64,000 nucleotides of DNA from Candidatus Dormiibacterota bacterium (GTDB lineage: Bacteria > Chloroflexota > Dormibacteria > Aeolococcales > Bog-877). Where the stretch lies: positions 783 through 64,782 of the forward strand of contig JBARIA010000028.1 of assembly GCA_049799515.1 (NCBI GenBank). Direction: 5' to 3'. The position numbers were made by a program, and so were the translations under genes. Each line of letters begins with the position of its first letter. Positions within the stretch are counted from its first letter, which is position 1. The notes under the pieces are model-generated. The model did no database searches. It worked only from the letters and a program-made list of their open reading frames with translations, and was not told the origin of the DNA. Positions 55,223 through 63,610 of this stretch are shown piece by piece.

Positions 55223-56295
55223 GCGCGGCGGAGCAGCTGAGCCAGTGGGAGTTGGAGCTGATCACTGGGCTGGTGGCAATCCCTAGCCCAACCGGAGAGG
55301 TGGGGGACGCTGCCGCCTGGTTGGTCGCCCAGCTTCGTCAGCAACAGCTGGCCGCGGAAGTGGACTCGGTGGGTAATGTGCTGGCGGTGGTTGAGCCCAG
55401 CCATCCCGAGCCGCGCAGCGGCGAGGTCTACCTGCTGGGCCATCTCGACACGGTCGAGGGATTCTGGCCGCCTCGGGTGGAGCGGGGCCGACTTTCGGGG
55501 CGGGGAGCCTCCGACGCCAAAGGTCCCTTGGCCGCCTTCGTCGCGGCCGCTGTGCGGGCCCGCGAATCCGGCGAGCTGCGCCGGCTGGTCAGGATCCTGG
55601 CGGCGGTGGACGAGGAGGGAGAGTCGGAGGGAGCGCGGCAACTGGGGGCCAGCCTGGCTCCGCCGGCCTTCCTGGTGGTGGGCGAGCCCTCGGGGTCGGC
55701 CAGGGTGGTGCTTGGGTATCGCGGTCGACTCCGCTGCCGCTGGCAGCTGAGCTCCCCGGCGGGGCACAGCTCCCGGCCCGAGCCCACCGCCGCGGAGCTC
55801 GGCGTTTCCGCTTGGACCGCGATCCAGTCCCTGGTGGAGGCGACCAACGGCCCAGCTTTCGGATTCGATGCCATCGATGCCCACCTCCTGGAGATCGACA
55901 GCCGGAGCGATGGTCTCCAGGACACTGTCAGTCTGGAGCTCGGATTCCGCCTGCCCCCGTCGGTTGGTGCCGAGGCTCTGGTGGAGCTGCTGCGGGGATT
56001 GGCCCTCGGCGGGGAGTTCTTGGTCAGAGGCTCGGAAGAGGCGGCGCTGGTGCCGCGGGTCGGGATCCTTCCCACCGCCTTCGCCAGGGCCATTGCGGGC
56101 GACGGAGTGAAGGTCACCTGGCAGCGGCGACTGGCCACCTCCGACCTCAACGTGGTGTTGCCCAGGTGGAGGTGCCCTGCCCTGGTCTACGGACCGGGCG
56201 ACTCGGCGCTGGACCACACGCCGGAGGAGTCGATCGAGCTGGCCGACTACGCCCGGGGGATCCGGGTCCTCACCACCGTCTTACTGGGGCTCTGA
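55219..56295 (+). CDS. lysK: [LysW]-lysine hydrolase (M20/ArgE-like)
   Basis: LLGHLDTV, GRGASDAKG and DEEGES metal-site motifs. ATGA overlap with lysZ. Confidence 0.85.
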   Translation: MSAAEQLSQWELELITGLVAIPSPTGEVGDAAAWLVAQLRQQQLAAEVDSVGNVLAVVEPSHPEPRSGEVYLLGHLDTVEGFWPPRVERGRLSGRGASDAKGPLAAFVAAAVRARESGELRRLVRILAAVDEEGESEGARQLGASLAPPAFLVVGEPSGSARVVLGYRGRLRCRWQLSSPAGHSSRPEPTAAELGVSAWTAIQSLVEATNGPAFGFDAIDAHLLEIDSRSDGLQDTVSLELGFRLPPSVGAEALVELLRGLALGGEFLVRGSEEAALVPRVGILPTAFARAIAGDGVKVTWQRRLATSDLNVVLPRWRCPALVYGPGDSALDHTPEESIELADYARGIRVLTTVLLGL

Positions 56296-56586
56296 CCGCC
56301 GCCCTCGAGCAGGCGGCGCGGAGCCCTGGCCGAACTCCGCCGGCTGGCGGGCCAGGCTGGTGGGGGCCGGCCTTCCGGTGGCCGGGTCTGAACGGAGGGT
56401 CAGGGCCAGGGTGGGGCAGAACGAAACTGCCCGCTGGGCGTGCTGGCGCAGACCCGGCGGGATGGGCCCGACGTCGATGATCGGGTACCCCCAGTCGTCC
56501 ATCCGCACCATCTCGGGCAGCAGCTCGGCGCACAACCGGTGGCCGGCGCAGGCGGTGGGGTCGATCCGGAGGTACTCGGCCGTCAT
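56281..56586 (-). CDS. small ferredoxin (single-cluster type) with C-terminal extension
   Basis: IDPTACAGHRLCAELLPE...AVSFCPTLAL follows the CxxxxxC...CP ferredoxin pattern. ATGA overlap with the upstream gene. Confidence 0.8.
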   Translation of the reverse strand: MTAEYLRIDPTACAGHRLCAELLPEMVRMDDWGYPIIDVGPIPPGLRQHAQRAVSFCPTLALTLRSDPATGRPAPTSLARQPAEFGQGSAPPARGRRSEPQ

Positions 56587-57899
56587 CAGGGCGTCCCGTT
56601 AGGCGCCGATTGGGCCTCGAACCGACTGGTCTGGCCGGCCGTGCACCGGCCGGCCAGGTGGGCTGCCACCTCGCTGGCGAAGGTACCGATAGCGCTTCGG
56701 GCCAGCCGGACCGCCCCGTCCGGGTGATGGCAGGCGCCCCGTCCCTGAACGTCGTCGCACCACCTGAGGAGCTGGCTCACCAGACCGTCCGACGCCGAGG
56801 CTGGGTCTGCCAGCCGCTCCAGCGCTCCGGCAATTGCAGGAAGTCCAAGCTGGCAGGGGCCGCACTGGCCCGAGCTCTGCTCGGCCAGCCAGCGCTGTAC
56901 CCTGGCTGCCTCCTTCACCCCGCAGGCGGATGCGGGGAGAACGACAATCACCCCGGAACCGGGGGCCGCCCCCAGCGATTCCAGGTCAGCGCCACAGAAC
57001 CGCATCGGGGCTGCGGTCGCTGCGTCGACCCAGGTGCCGAAGTACCCCCCGACCAGGAGGGCCTGGGCCGAGTCGTCCCAGCCGGCTCCCCGCAGGAGGC
57101 CATGCATCGGGGCTCCAATGGCCACCTCGTAGACGCCCGGCCGAGAGACCGCGCCACTCACGGTGATCAGGCAGGTGCCGGGCTCCTCCGCCAGTCCCCC
57201 GGACCGAAACCAGTCCGCGCCGAAGCGGGCGATCAGGGCCAGGTGGGACAGGGTCTCCACGTTCTGTACCAAAGTTGGGTGGCCGCCAATCCCTCGCTGG
57301 AAGGGTCGCGGAGGCACCGGCCGGGGCTTCGGGGGGGCGCCAGCCACCCAGGAGATGAGCGCCGTCTCCTCGCCGGCCACGAAGCCGCCCGGGCTGACCA
57401 CCAGCTCGACGGCGATCTCGTCGGCGATACGAGTGCGGCGCTCGAGCAGGGCTTGTTGGATCACCCGGAGGGTCTGGCCGTCCCTGCCCAACGCCAGGAT
57501 CAGCCGGTCAGCGCGCACCAGCTGACCGGCCAGTTGCAGCCCATCTAGAACCAGATGGGGGCGCCGGCAGAGGAGGACTCGGTCCTTGGCACTAGCCGGC
57601 TCACTCTCGACCCCGTTGCCCACTACCACTGCAGTACTTCCCGCGTCGGCCTGCGCCTTCACCGCGGCCATCTTCTGGCCAGCCGGGAAGCCGCCTCCGC
57701 CTCGACCCCTCAGCCCGGCCGCACGGACCTCGTCGATCAGTTGGCGCCGGGGCCGGGCGTCCGGGCCCAGCCGAGCCAGGTGGTGGTCGAGCCCCTCCGG
57801 TGCGGTCCCCTCCGGGCCAGCCAGGAGCCGCAGCGGTCCGGAGATCCCGGTGCCCTCCGCGTCGCCGGGTGTCACTGGCGGTTCCGCACCGGAGCTCAC
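56586..57899 (-). CDS. NuoF-like NADH-binding FMN / iron-sulfur flavoprotein
   Basis: GLRGRGGGGFPAGQKM, GNGVESEPAS, FVAGEETALI, VQNVETL, and C-terminal SGQCGPC...GACHH. Start is the GTG at 57899 (GTGA overlap). Confidence 0.85.
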   Translation of the reverse strand: MSSGAEPPVTPGDAEGTGISGPLRLLAGPEGTAPEGLDHHLARLGPDARPRRQLIDEVRAAGLRGRGGGGFPAGQKMAAVKAQADAGSTAVVVGNGVESEPASAKDRVLLCRRPHLVLDGLQLAGQLVRADRLILALGRDGQTLRVIQQALLERRTRIADEIAVELVVSPGGFVAGEETALISWVAGAPPKPRPVPPRPFQRGIGGHPTLVQNVETLSHLALIARFGADWFRSGGLAEEPGTCLITVSGAVSRPGVYEVAIGAPMHGLLRGAGWDDSAQALLVGGYFGTWVDAATAAPMRFCGADLESLGAAPGSGVIVVLPASACGVKEAARVQRWLAEQSSGQCGPCQLGLPAIAGALERLADPASASDGLVSQLLRWCDDVQGRGACHHPDGAVRLARSAIGTFASEVAAHLAGRCTAGQTSRFEAQSAPNGTP

Positions 57900-58651
57900 C
57901 GGAGCCCCCGGTTGGCGGGGGACTTGGCCTGAGGCTGTGTGCCGGCCGAGGCGCTGCTGGAGGTATCGGAAGTATCTGAGGATGCCAGCAGCGAGCTCGG
58001 GGTGCCGGCGGAGCGGGCCCACCCGCTGCGCAGCGGTCCAACTTCGGCCCAGGCCACCACCGCGACGGGAAAGGCCACCAGGACCAGTGCCGCCCCCACC
58101 TTGAGAGTTCGAGAGTTGAGTTTGGCGGTCCGCAGCCGGGCGCCGGCTGCCACCACTACCGTCGCTAGGCAGACCATCTGCACTGCGAACGCCCACGCCA
58201 GTCTGGTGTCAGTTCCGGTTCCCAGGCAGTGCAGTAGCGCAACTGGCCAGGAGAGGTAGGCCAGCCAGTGAACCGTCTTCCAGGTGCGGTACCCCACCAG
58301 GGGCCGGACCAAGCTGGTGGCCACCACCGCGATCAGGATGTCGACGCTCAGGGTACCCAGCCCGAGCCAGACAGCTCGGTAGGGCGAGAGGAAGGGGACA
58401 GCGACCGCCAGCCAGCCCAGCGGAGCGAAGGGATCTAGCTCGGCAGTTAGGACGTGGACCACCAGGAGCGCCACCGCCAGGAGGGACAGATTGCGGTGCA
58501 ATCCGGTGACCACGAAGCGCGGCCACTGCTGCGGAGCCCATCCGGCGCTGCTAAGAATTCCCACCACCACACTGGCAGTGAGCACTACCAACAGCACCAA
58601 ACCGCTGCCCCTGGTCAGATACCAGAGGGTCGAGGCGGAGAAGCCGAACAT
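57896..58651 (-). CDS. ferric-reductase-like (NOX/MsrQ-type) bis-heme transmembrane domain protein, no dehydrogenase domain
   Basis: Six or seven TM segments with two His pairs spaced 14 and 13 residues apart (HRNLSLLAVALLVVH and HWLAYLSWPVALLH). ATGA overlap with the apbE stop. Confidence 0.85.
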   Translation of the reverse strand: MFGFSASTLWYLTRGSGLVLLVVLTASVVVGILSSAGWAPQQWPRFVVTGLHRNLSLLAVALLVVHVLTAELDPFAPLGWLAVAVPFLSPYRAVWLGLGTLSVDILIAVVATSLVRPLVGYRTWKTVHWLAYLSWPVALLHCLGTGTDTRLAWAFAVQMVCLATVVVAAGARLRTAKLNSRTLKVGAALVLVAFPVAVVAWAEVGPLRSGWARSAGTPSSLLASSDTSDTSSSASAGTQPQAKSPANRGLR

Positions 58652-59652
58652 CAGCCGGCTCTCGGCATCGATTCGAGGACGTCCTCGCACAGGGGCATCT
58701 CGTCACCCTCTGCGGGCCACCCTCCCAGGTGGAGCGCAGTCCCGGTCGCGGACACCAGCCGCGCGGGATAGCTTCGCTGCAACAACCATTGCGGCGCCGC
58801 CCTCCCGGCCACGATCCCCGCTGTGGAGGCGGTGTTTGCCGCCACACACGATGCACCGGCCACCGAGATCGTTCGCCAGGGGCCCTGGGCAGGTCTCCCG
58901 GTGCGGGGATCGATGATGTGGTGCATCAGCTGGCCGCTCCTCGTCCAGCGGCGCTGAGTCGTGGATGAGGTAGCCAGAGCCGGGCTCGTAAGTCTGACGT
59001 TCTGGCCGAGACCAGGCGAGCCAGGGTGGTGATCATCCGCCACCCGCACCACCCATCCGCCGGGGGGTGGCGGACCAGCCGTTGCCAGGTCGCCACCGAG
59101 ACTGACCAGAGCCGAACAGCCCAGCTCCAGCGCGAGCTCGGAGGCCGTCCGGTCCGCCGCCCAGGCCTTGGCTGTGGCCCCGAGATCGAGCAGCATCCCC
59201 ACCGGCAGTTGCACGGTGTCTCCCTGGAGCTGAACTCGCCGCCAATCCGACTCCAGCCTGCCGGCCGGAGTGGAGGCAGCCTGATCACCCGAAATCTGGG
59301 CAAAGTCCCGGGCGTACCCGGCCTCGGTCAGAGGACCTCCCACCGTCGGATCGACCAACCCATCGGTGGTCCGGGCTGCCTCCAGGGCGACTGCGAGCAG
59401 CTCTGCCAGCAGGGCCCCTACCCGATGCGGGGTGCCGGCGGCCCGGTTGAGCCGGTAAAGTTCGGAGTCCTCCCGGAATCGGCTGGCTGCGCGATCGAGC
59501 TGTTCCAGCAACGAGTCGACGACAGCCTCGGCTGCCGCCACCCCGCTTGGAGGATGGACCAAAAGCTCGACGGTGGTGCCCAGAGCCTGCCTGCGGGTGA
59601 GCGCCAGGTACCGGGGGCCAGCCGACCGGAGCCAGCTCCCGTCAACCCTCAC
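58651..59652 (-). CDS. apbE: ApbE family FAD:protein FMN transferase, no signal peptide of its own
   Basis: ALGTTVELLV, SELYRLN and LDLGATAKAWAADR motifs. GTG start overlaps the upstream stop (GTGA). Confidence 0.9.
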   Translation of the reverse strand: MRVDGSWLRSAGPRYLALTRRQALGTTVELLVHPPSGVAAAEAVVDSLLEQLDRAASRFREDSELYRLNRAAGTPHRVGALLAELLAVALEAARTTDGLVDPTVGGPLTEAGYARDFAQISGDQAASTPAGRLESDWRRVQLQGDTVQLPVGMLLDLGATAKAWAADRTASELALELGCSALVSLGGDLATAGPPPPGGWVVRVADDHHPGSPGLGQNVRLTSPALATSSTTQRRWTRSGQLMHHIIDPRTGRPAQGPWRTISVAGASCVAANTASTAGIVAGRAAPQWLLQRSYPARLVSATGTALHLGGWPAEGDEMPLCEDVLESMPRAG

Positions 59653-59957
59653 GAACCTCCCGAGCTGACGCTGGGCCTAGAATTCGCCGCCGCCGTGGGC
59701 GCGCTGGTTGGCACCGCCGCCGGGGTGCTGGCCGCGGGCCGGTGTGATTCGCCAGGCGAGGGGGTTGCGCCCACAGTTGGGGTCGAGGCTGCCGTGTTGG
59801 AGGTGGCGCTCCTGCCGGGCAGCGCCTGGCTGACCAGGACCGCCGCCAGGAACATGGCGCCGGTTGCGCCGATGATGGCGCGCCTCGTCCAGCGCCTGAG
59901 GGTTCGCAGACCGTCGTCCCGAGTAGCCGCTGAGGGCGATGCCGGACCCTTCATCAC
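59649..59957 (-). CDS. 102-aa protein consisting of a Tat-like signal/anchor and a Pro/Ala/Ser/Thr-rich tail
   Basis: WTRRAIIGATGAMFLAAVLVSQALPG (twin-Arg plus hydrophobic core) followed by low-complexity sequence. First gene of the coupled operon. Confidence 0.5.
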   Translation of the reverse strand: MMKGPASPSAATRDDGLRTLRRWTRRAIIGATGAMFLAAVLVSQALPGRSATSNTAASTPTVGATPSPGESHRPAASTPAAVPTSAPTAAANSRPSVSSGGS

Positions 59958-60203
59958 CAGAGTCTGTCAGATGGAGATCAGAAATTCCTGGGTGAATCTG
60001 GGAGCGGGCCGCGCCTGGCTAACCGAGTGTCTTCCGCGGGCTATCCGCGTCCAGTCTCGTGATGCTGGGAGGCGCCGGCGCGCTGCCGAAGTCAGTGACG
60101 GTGGTGGCGCAGGAGGACTGCCGTGACCCCCACCAGGGCCACCAGGCATATCAGGACCGCGATCGGCGACAGCCCGCCACCCACGGCAGTCAACCGCTGG
60201 TGC

Positions 60204-60836
60204 TCATGGCTGGCGGCTGGGCGGGGTCGCGGGCCGCGACCGGCGACTCCTGGTAGGGATGGCAGCTGTCGCGCAGATGCCGACCGCGAGGACGCTAACC
60301 GAGATTTGGAGTGGCCAGTAGAGGGCCATCCAGGTCCAAGCGGGTGGCAGTTGGCTGCTCGGGTCCAGCAGTCGCTGAAGAGAGAAGGGAACTTCCGAAC
60401 TGATGGTCCACTGCCCGGCGAGGATGCTGATGCCGGTCCCCACAGTCAGCGCGACCGCGGCCACCTTCCAGTGCTCGCGCCAGGCCAGCCAAACGCCGGC
60501 CAGCAGTACCAGCGCGCCCAGGAGGACCTTGGCCACCACCGAAATCCACCACCAACCGAAGATCCCCGCCGGTTCCATCTCCGGGATGGAGACCGCCCGA
60601 TACACCGCGAATCCCACTGACACCAGCCCCGCAGCGGTGGCCCAGCTGGCGAGCCAGGGAGCACCCAACGGCGATTGACCCTGTGCCGGCGGGTCGAACC
60701 AGGCGTCGGCGGCTCCCCGGAGCAGGTCGAAGGCGGTTCGGGGACTCCAGGGGACCTCCGCCAACACCTCGGCCATCTCGTCCTCGTACCGAGCCCGCCA
60801 AGTGGACGGGAAGAGTCGCGCCCATTTCCGGGTCAT
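60204..60836 (-). CDS. PadR-associated membrane protein
   Basis: MTRKWARLFPSTWRARYEDEMAEVL N-terminus, then four TM segments. ATGA overlap with the padR stop. Confidence 0.65.
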   Translation of the reverse strand: MTRKWARLFPSTWRARYEDEMAEVLAEVPWSPRTAFDLLRGAADAWFDPPAQGQSPLGAPWLASWATAAGLVSVGFAVYRAVSIPEMEPAGIFGWWWISVVAKVLLGALVLLAGVWLAWREHWKVAAVALTVGTGISILAGQWTISSEVPFSLQRLLDPSSQLPPAWTWMALYWPLQISVSVLAVGICATAAIPTRSRRSRPATPPSRQP

Positions 60837-61150
60837 CCGGTGGGTCGGGTGGCCAAGACTGCCTCGGCGAAGGCCAGCAGCTGGGTGCACTCCTCCTGGA
60901 GAATCTGCCGGCCGCCCGGGGTGATCTGGTACGGGTGCCGCCGATCCGCCGCCGGGAGGGGACGGATCCAGCCCCTGCGTTCGAGGCGCGAGAGGGTGCC
61001 GTACAGAGTCCCCGGACCCATCCGGACGTTGGCCTTGAGCTCGACGTCTCGCATCACCGCGTAGCCGTGCTTCGGGCCCTCGGCCAGGCTGGCGAGGACC
61101 AGCAGTGCCGAGTCGGCGAAGCGTCCCAATCCCGACAGGTCAGTGGTCAC
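60833..61150 (-). CDS. PadR family transcriptional regulator
   Basis: LLVLASLAEGPKHGYAVMRDV...GTLYGTLSRLERRGWI. Start is probably the GTG at 61150, since the region 61151-61210 is an AT-rich promoter-like stretch. Confidence 0.85.
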   Translation of the reverse strand: MTTDLSGLGRFADSALLVLASLAEGPKHGYAVMRDVELKANVRMGPGTLYGTLSRLERRGWIRPLPAADRRHPYQITPGGRQILQEECTQLLAFAEAVLATRPTG

Positions 61151-61282
61151 AAGCTTCTTCGCATGATATATCGACCACAGTATGATAGCTGGGATTGCCG
61201 ACGTCAAGGCGGTTGCCCTGAGATGGCGGTGGAGACTCCCTGGACACGGTCGGGCCGGCCCTGGGCCAGCCCTAGTGGTCGG

Positions 61283-63610
61283 TCAGGAGGCTTGCAGTCC
61301 CGCCAACTCGCGGACCGGGATCCCGAATCCGGCGCGGCCCTCGAACTCGCGAGCCGGTGCGGGCCTTCCGATGAAGTAGCCCTGGGCTAGGTCACAGCCC
61401 ATCCCGGTGAGCAGGTTGAGCGTCGGGTCATCCTCGATCCCCTCGGCGACCACCCGAAGTCCCAGGGCGTGACCCAGTTCGATGGTGGCCCGGACCAACG
61501 CCTGGTCTGCTTCCAGGCCAGACTGCAACCCGACGATGAAGGTGCGGTCCAGCTTCAGTTCGCTGACCGCCAGGTTGCCCAAGTAGGCGAGTGAGGTGAA
61601 GCCGGCGCCGAAGTCATCGACCGAGACCTCCACCCCCTCGGTCCTCAGCTCCTGGATCACCGATTTGCAGCCATCAAAGTCCTTGATGATGGTGGTCTCG
61701 GTGATCTCAAGGAGGAGGCACGAAGCGGGCAGCTGATAATGACTGAGTCGCTCCCGGACCTGGTCGACGAAGGTGGGATCGAGCAGGTTGGTGATGGAGA
61801 TGTTGACCGAGACCGTCAACTCTCGACCGGCCGAGCGCCAGGCGGCGCACTGGGTCAGAGCGGTGTCCAGCACCAGGGCCGTCAAGGGCCGCATCAGGCC
61901 GACCTCTTCGGCCAGCGGCAGGAAATCCATGGGGGCCACCATGCCCAGTCGAGGGTGCGGCCAGCGCAGGAGCGCCTCGACGGTGGAGATCACGCCGGTG
62001 TGCAGATCCAGCTGGGGTTGGTAGTGGAGCTCGAACTGATGATCCTCGACAGCGACTCTGAGCTCGTCCACCAGGCGAAGTCGACTGCCCTCGTCGTCGA
62101 TCTCCCGGTTGTAGACCTCGAAGGGCTTGCCACTGACCTTGGCCCGGTACATCGCGAGATCGGCGCAGCGGAGCAGGCTAGCGCTGTCCGATGCATCGGT
62201 GGGGGCGACGGCGATGCCGATGCTGGCACTGATCCGGACGGTCACTGAGTCTAGATGGAAGGGCTCGGTGAGCTTGGCCACCAGCCGTTCGGCGACCGCC
62301 GAAGCGTAGCCGGGGTCGCTGCCAGTGACGATAACCCCGAGTTCGTCTCCTCCCACTCTGACCAGGGCGTCGGAACTGCGCAGAGCGCCGCTGAGGCGCG
62401 GGCCCAGCTGGCGGAGGAGGGCGTCTCCGGCGGAGTGGCCGAAGGAGTCGTTGATCTCTTTGAAGTGATCAAGATCGATGAACAGGAAGGCCAGCAGGCG
62501 ATCTGGAGTGCTGGGGTCCGCCCGGTCGGCGAAATAGGCGTCCAGCAGGGCGAACAGTCGGCGGCGATTGCCTAGGTCGGTGAGGTGGTCGGTGACCGAC
62601 TGGCGCTGCCGCTCATCGGTGAGTTTCCGCAGCCGTACCGCCGAGAGACCGGCTCGAATCCCAGCTATCGCCAATGTTGCGATCGCCAGTCCCACCGCGA
62701 TCTTCGCGGTTGGGTCGACCACGATGATGATCAGGGCGCCAGCCGCAGCCAGGCCGGGGAGGAGGAATCCCGGAGTTCTCTGGATCAGGAGCAGGTTGGT
62801 GGGGCCGCTGCGCAACCACATCGAGCTGGACACCAGCAAGATGGTGATTGGCCAGGCGATCCCGTTGCTGATGTCGGCGATGGCACTGTCGTGGTTGGCG
62901 AGCTGCAGCAGGTTGAAGCTGTCGCCCACCGCGATCGTGATGCAGGCCACTGCCAGCACGATCCACTGAGCCTTGGGCCGTCCCGGGAAAGTGGCGGTAC
63001 CACCGATCACCAGGGCCAGAAGCAGCAGGTCGCCGACCGGGAAAGCCAGATTGACCGCCACTCCTAGAGGGTGGCGGCCGAAGGCCCCGAGAGACTGGAC
63101 AAAGGCGTGCCGGAAGATGAAGCAGGCACACACTGCCGCGGCCCCCAGTCCGGCCACCAGCCCGTCGAGCCAGGTCGCGGGAACCAGGTGCCTGATGTCG
63201 CGGCGCATGACTTGGACCAGCCCCACGTAGGCGAGGGGGTAGAAGAGCAGGTAGAAGACGTCTGCCACCGAAGGCTGGGGTGGGGTCGCGTTGTTAAAGC
63301 TCTGGAATGTGGTGACGCTATCCCCCACAGTCCAACTGAGCAGGGCGGCCCCGAGGACCAGTGGGATGATCCGGTTGCGGCGCTTTCCGAACGCCAGGCC
63401 GAGGCACAACAAGGAGGCCGCGAACTCGAAGGCATCCACCCCAAACCCGTCGAGCGGAGTGGAGTACTTGTAGTTGCGAAGGATCAGGGAGATGAGATAG
63501 GCGACGATCAGGGCAGCCATCACCCCGTAGACGATCCAGATCAGCTTCGGCGATCGACCTCTCTTGGACACTTCAGCAGTACGACGCGCCAGAGAGAGCG
63601 TGTTGAACAC
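61283..63610 (-). CDS. membrane-anchored GGDEF-EAL protein (diguanylate cyclase / phosphodiesterase domains)
   Basis: About 9 N-terminal TM segments. GGDEF domain with RSSD-x5-GGDEL. EAL domain with EALLRW, LLLEITE and DDFGAG. Confidence 0.92.
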   Translation of the reverse strand: MFNTLSLARRTAEVSKRGRSPKLIWIVYGVMAALIVAYLISLILRNYKYSTPLDGFGVDAFEFAASLLCLGLAFGKRRNRIIPLVLGAALLSWTVGDSVTTFQSFNNATPPQPSVADVFYLLFYPLAYVGLVQVMRRDIRHLVPATWLDGLVAGLGAAAVCACFIFRHAFVQSLGAFGRHPLGVAVNLAFPVGDLLLLALVIGGTATFPGRPKAQWIVLAVACITIAVGDSFNLLQLANHDSAIADISNGIAWPITILLVSSSMWLRSGPTNLLLIQRTPGFLLPGLAAAGALIIIVVDPTAKIAVGLAIATLAIAGIRAGLSAVRLRKLTDERQRQSVTDHLTDLGNRRRLFALLDAYFADRADPSTPDRLLAFLFIDLDHFKEINDSFGHSAGDALLRQLGPRLSGALRSSDALVRVGGDELGVIVTGSDPGYASAVAERLVAKLTEPFHLDSVTVRISASIGIAVAPTDASDSASLLRCADLAMYRAKVSGKPFEVYNREIDDEGSRLRLVDELRVAVEDHQFELHYQPQLDLHTGVISTVEALLRWPHPRLGMVAPMDFLPLAEEVGLMRPLTALVLDTALTQCAAWRSAGRELTVSVNISITNLLDPTFVDQVRERLSHYQLPASCLLLEITETTIIKDFDGCKSVIQELRTEGVEVSVDDFGAGFTSLAYLGNLAVSELKLDRTFIVGLQSGLEADQALVRATIELGHALGLRVVAEGIEDDPTLNLLTGMGCDLAQGYFIGRPAPAREFEGRAGFGIPVRELAGLQAS

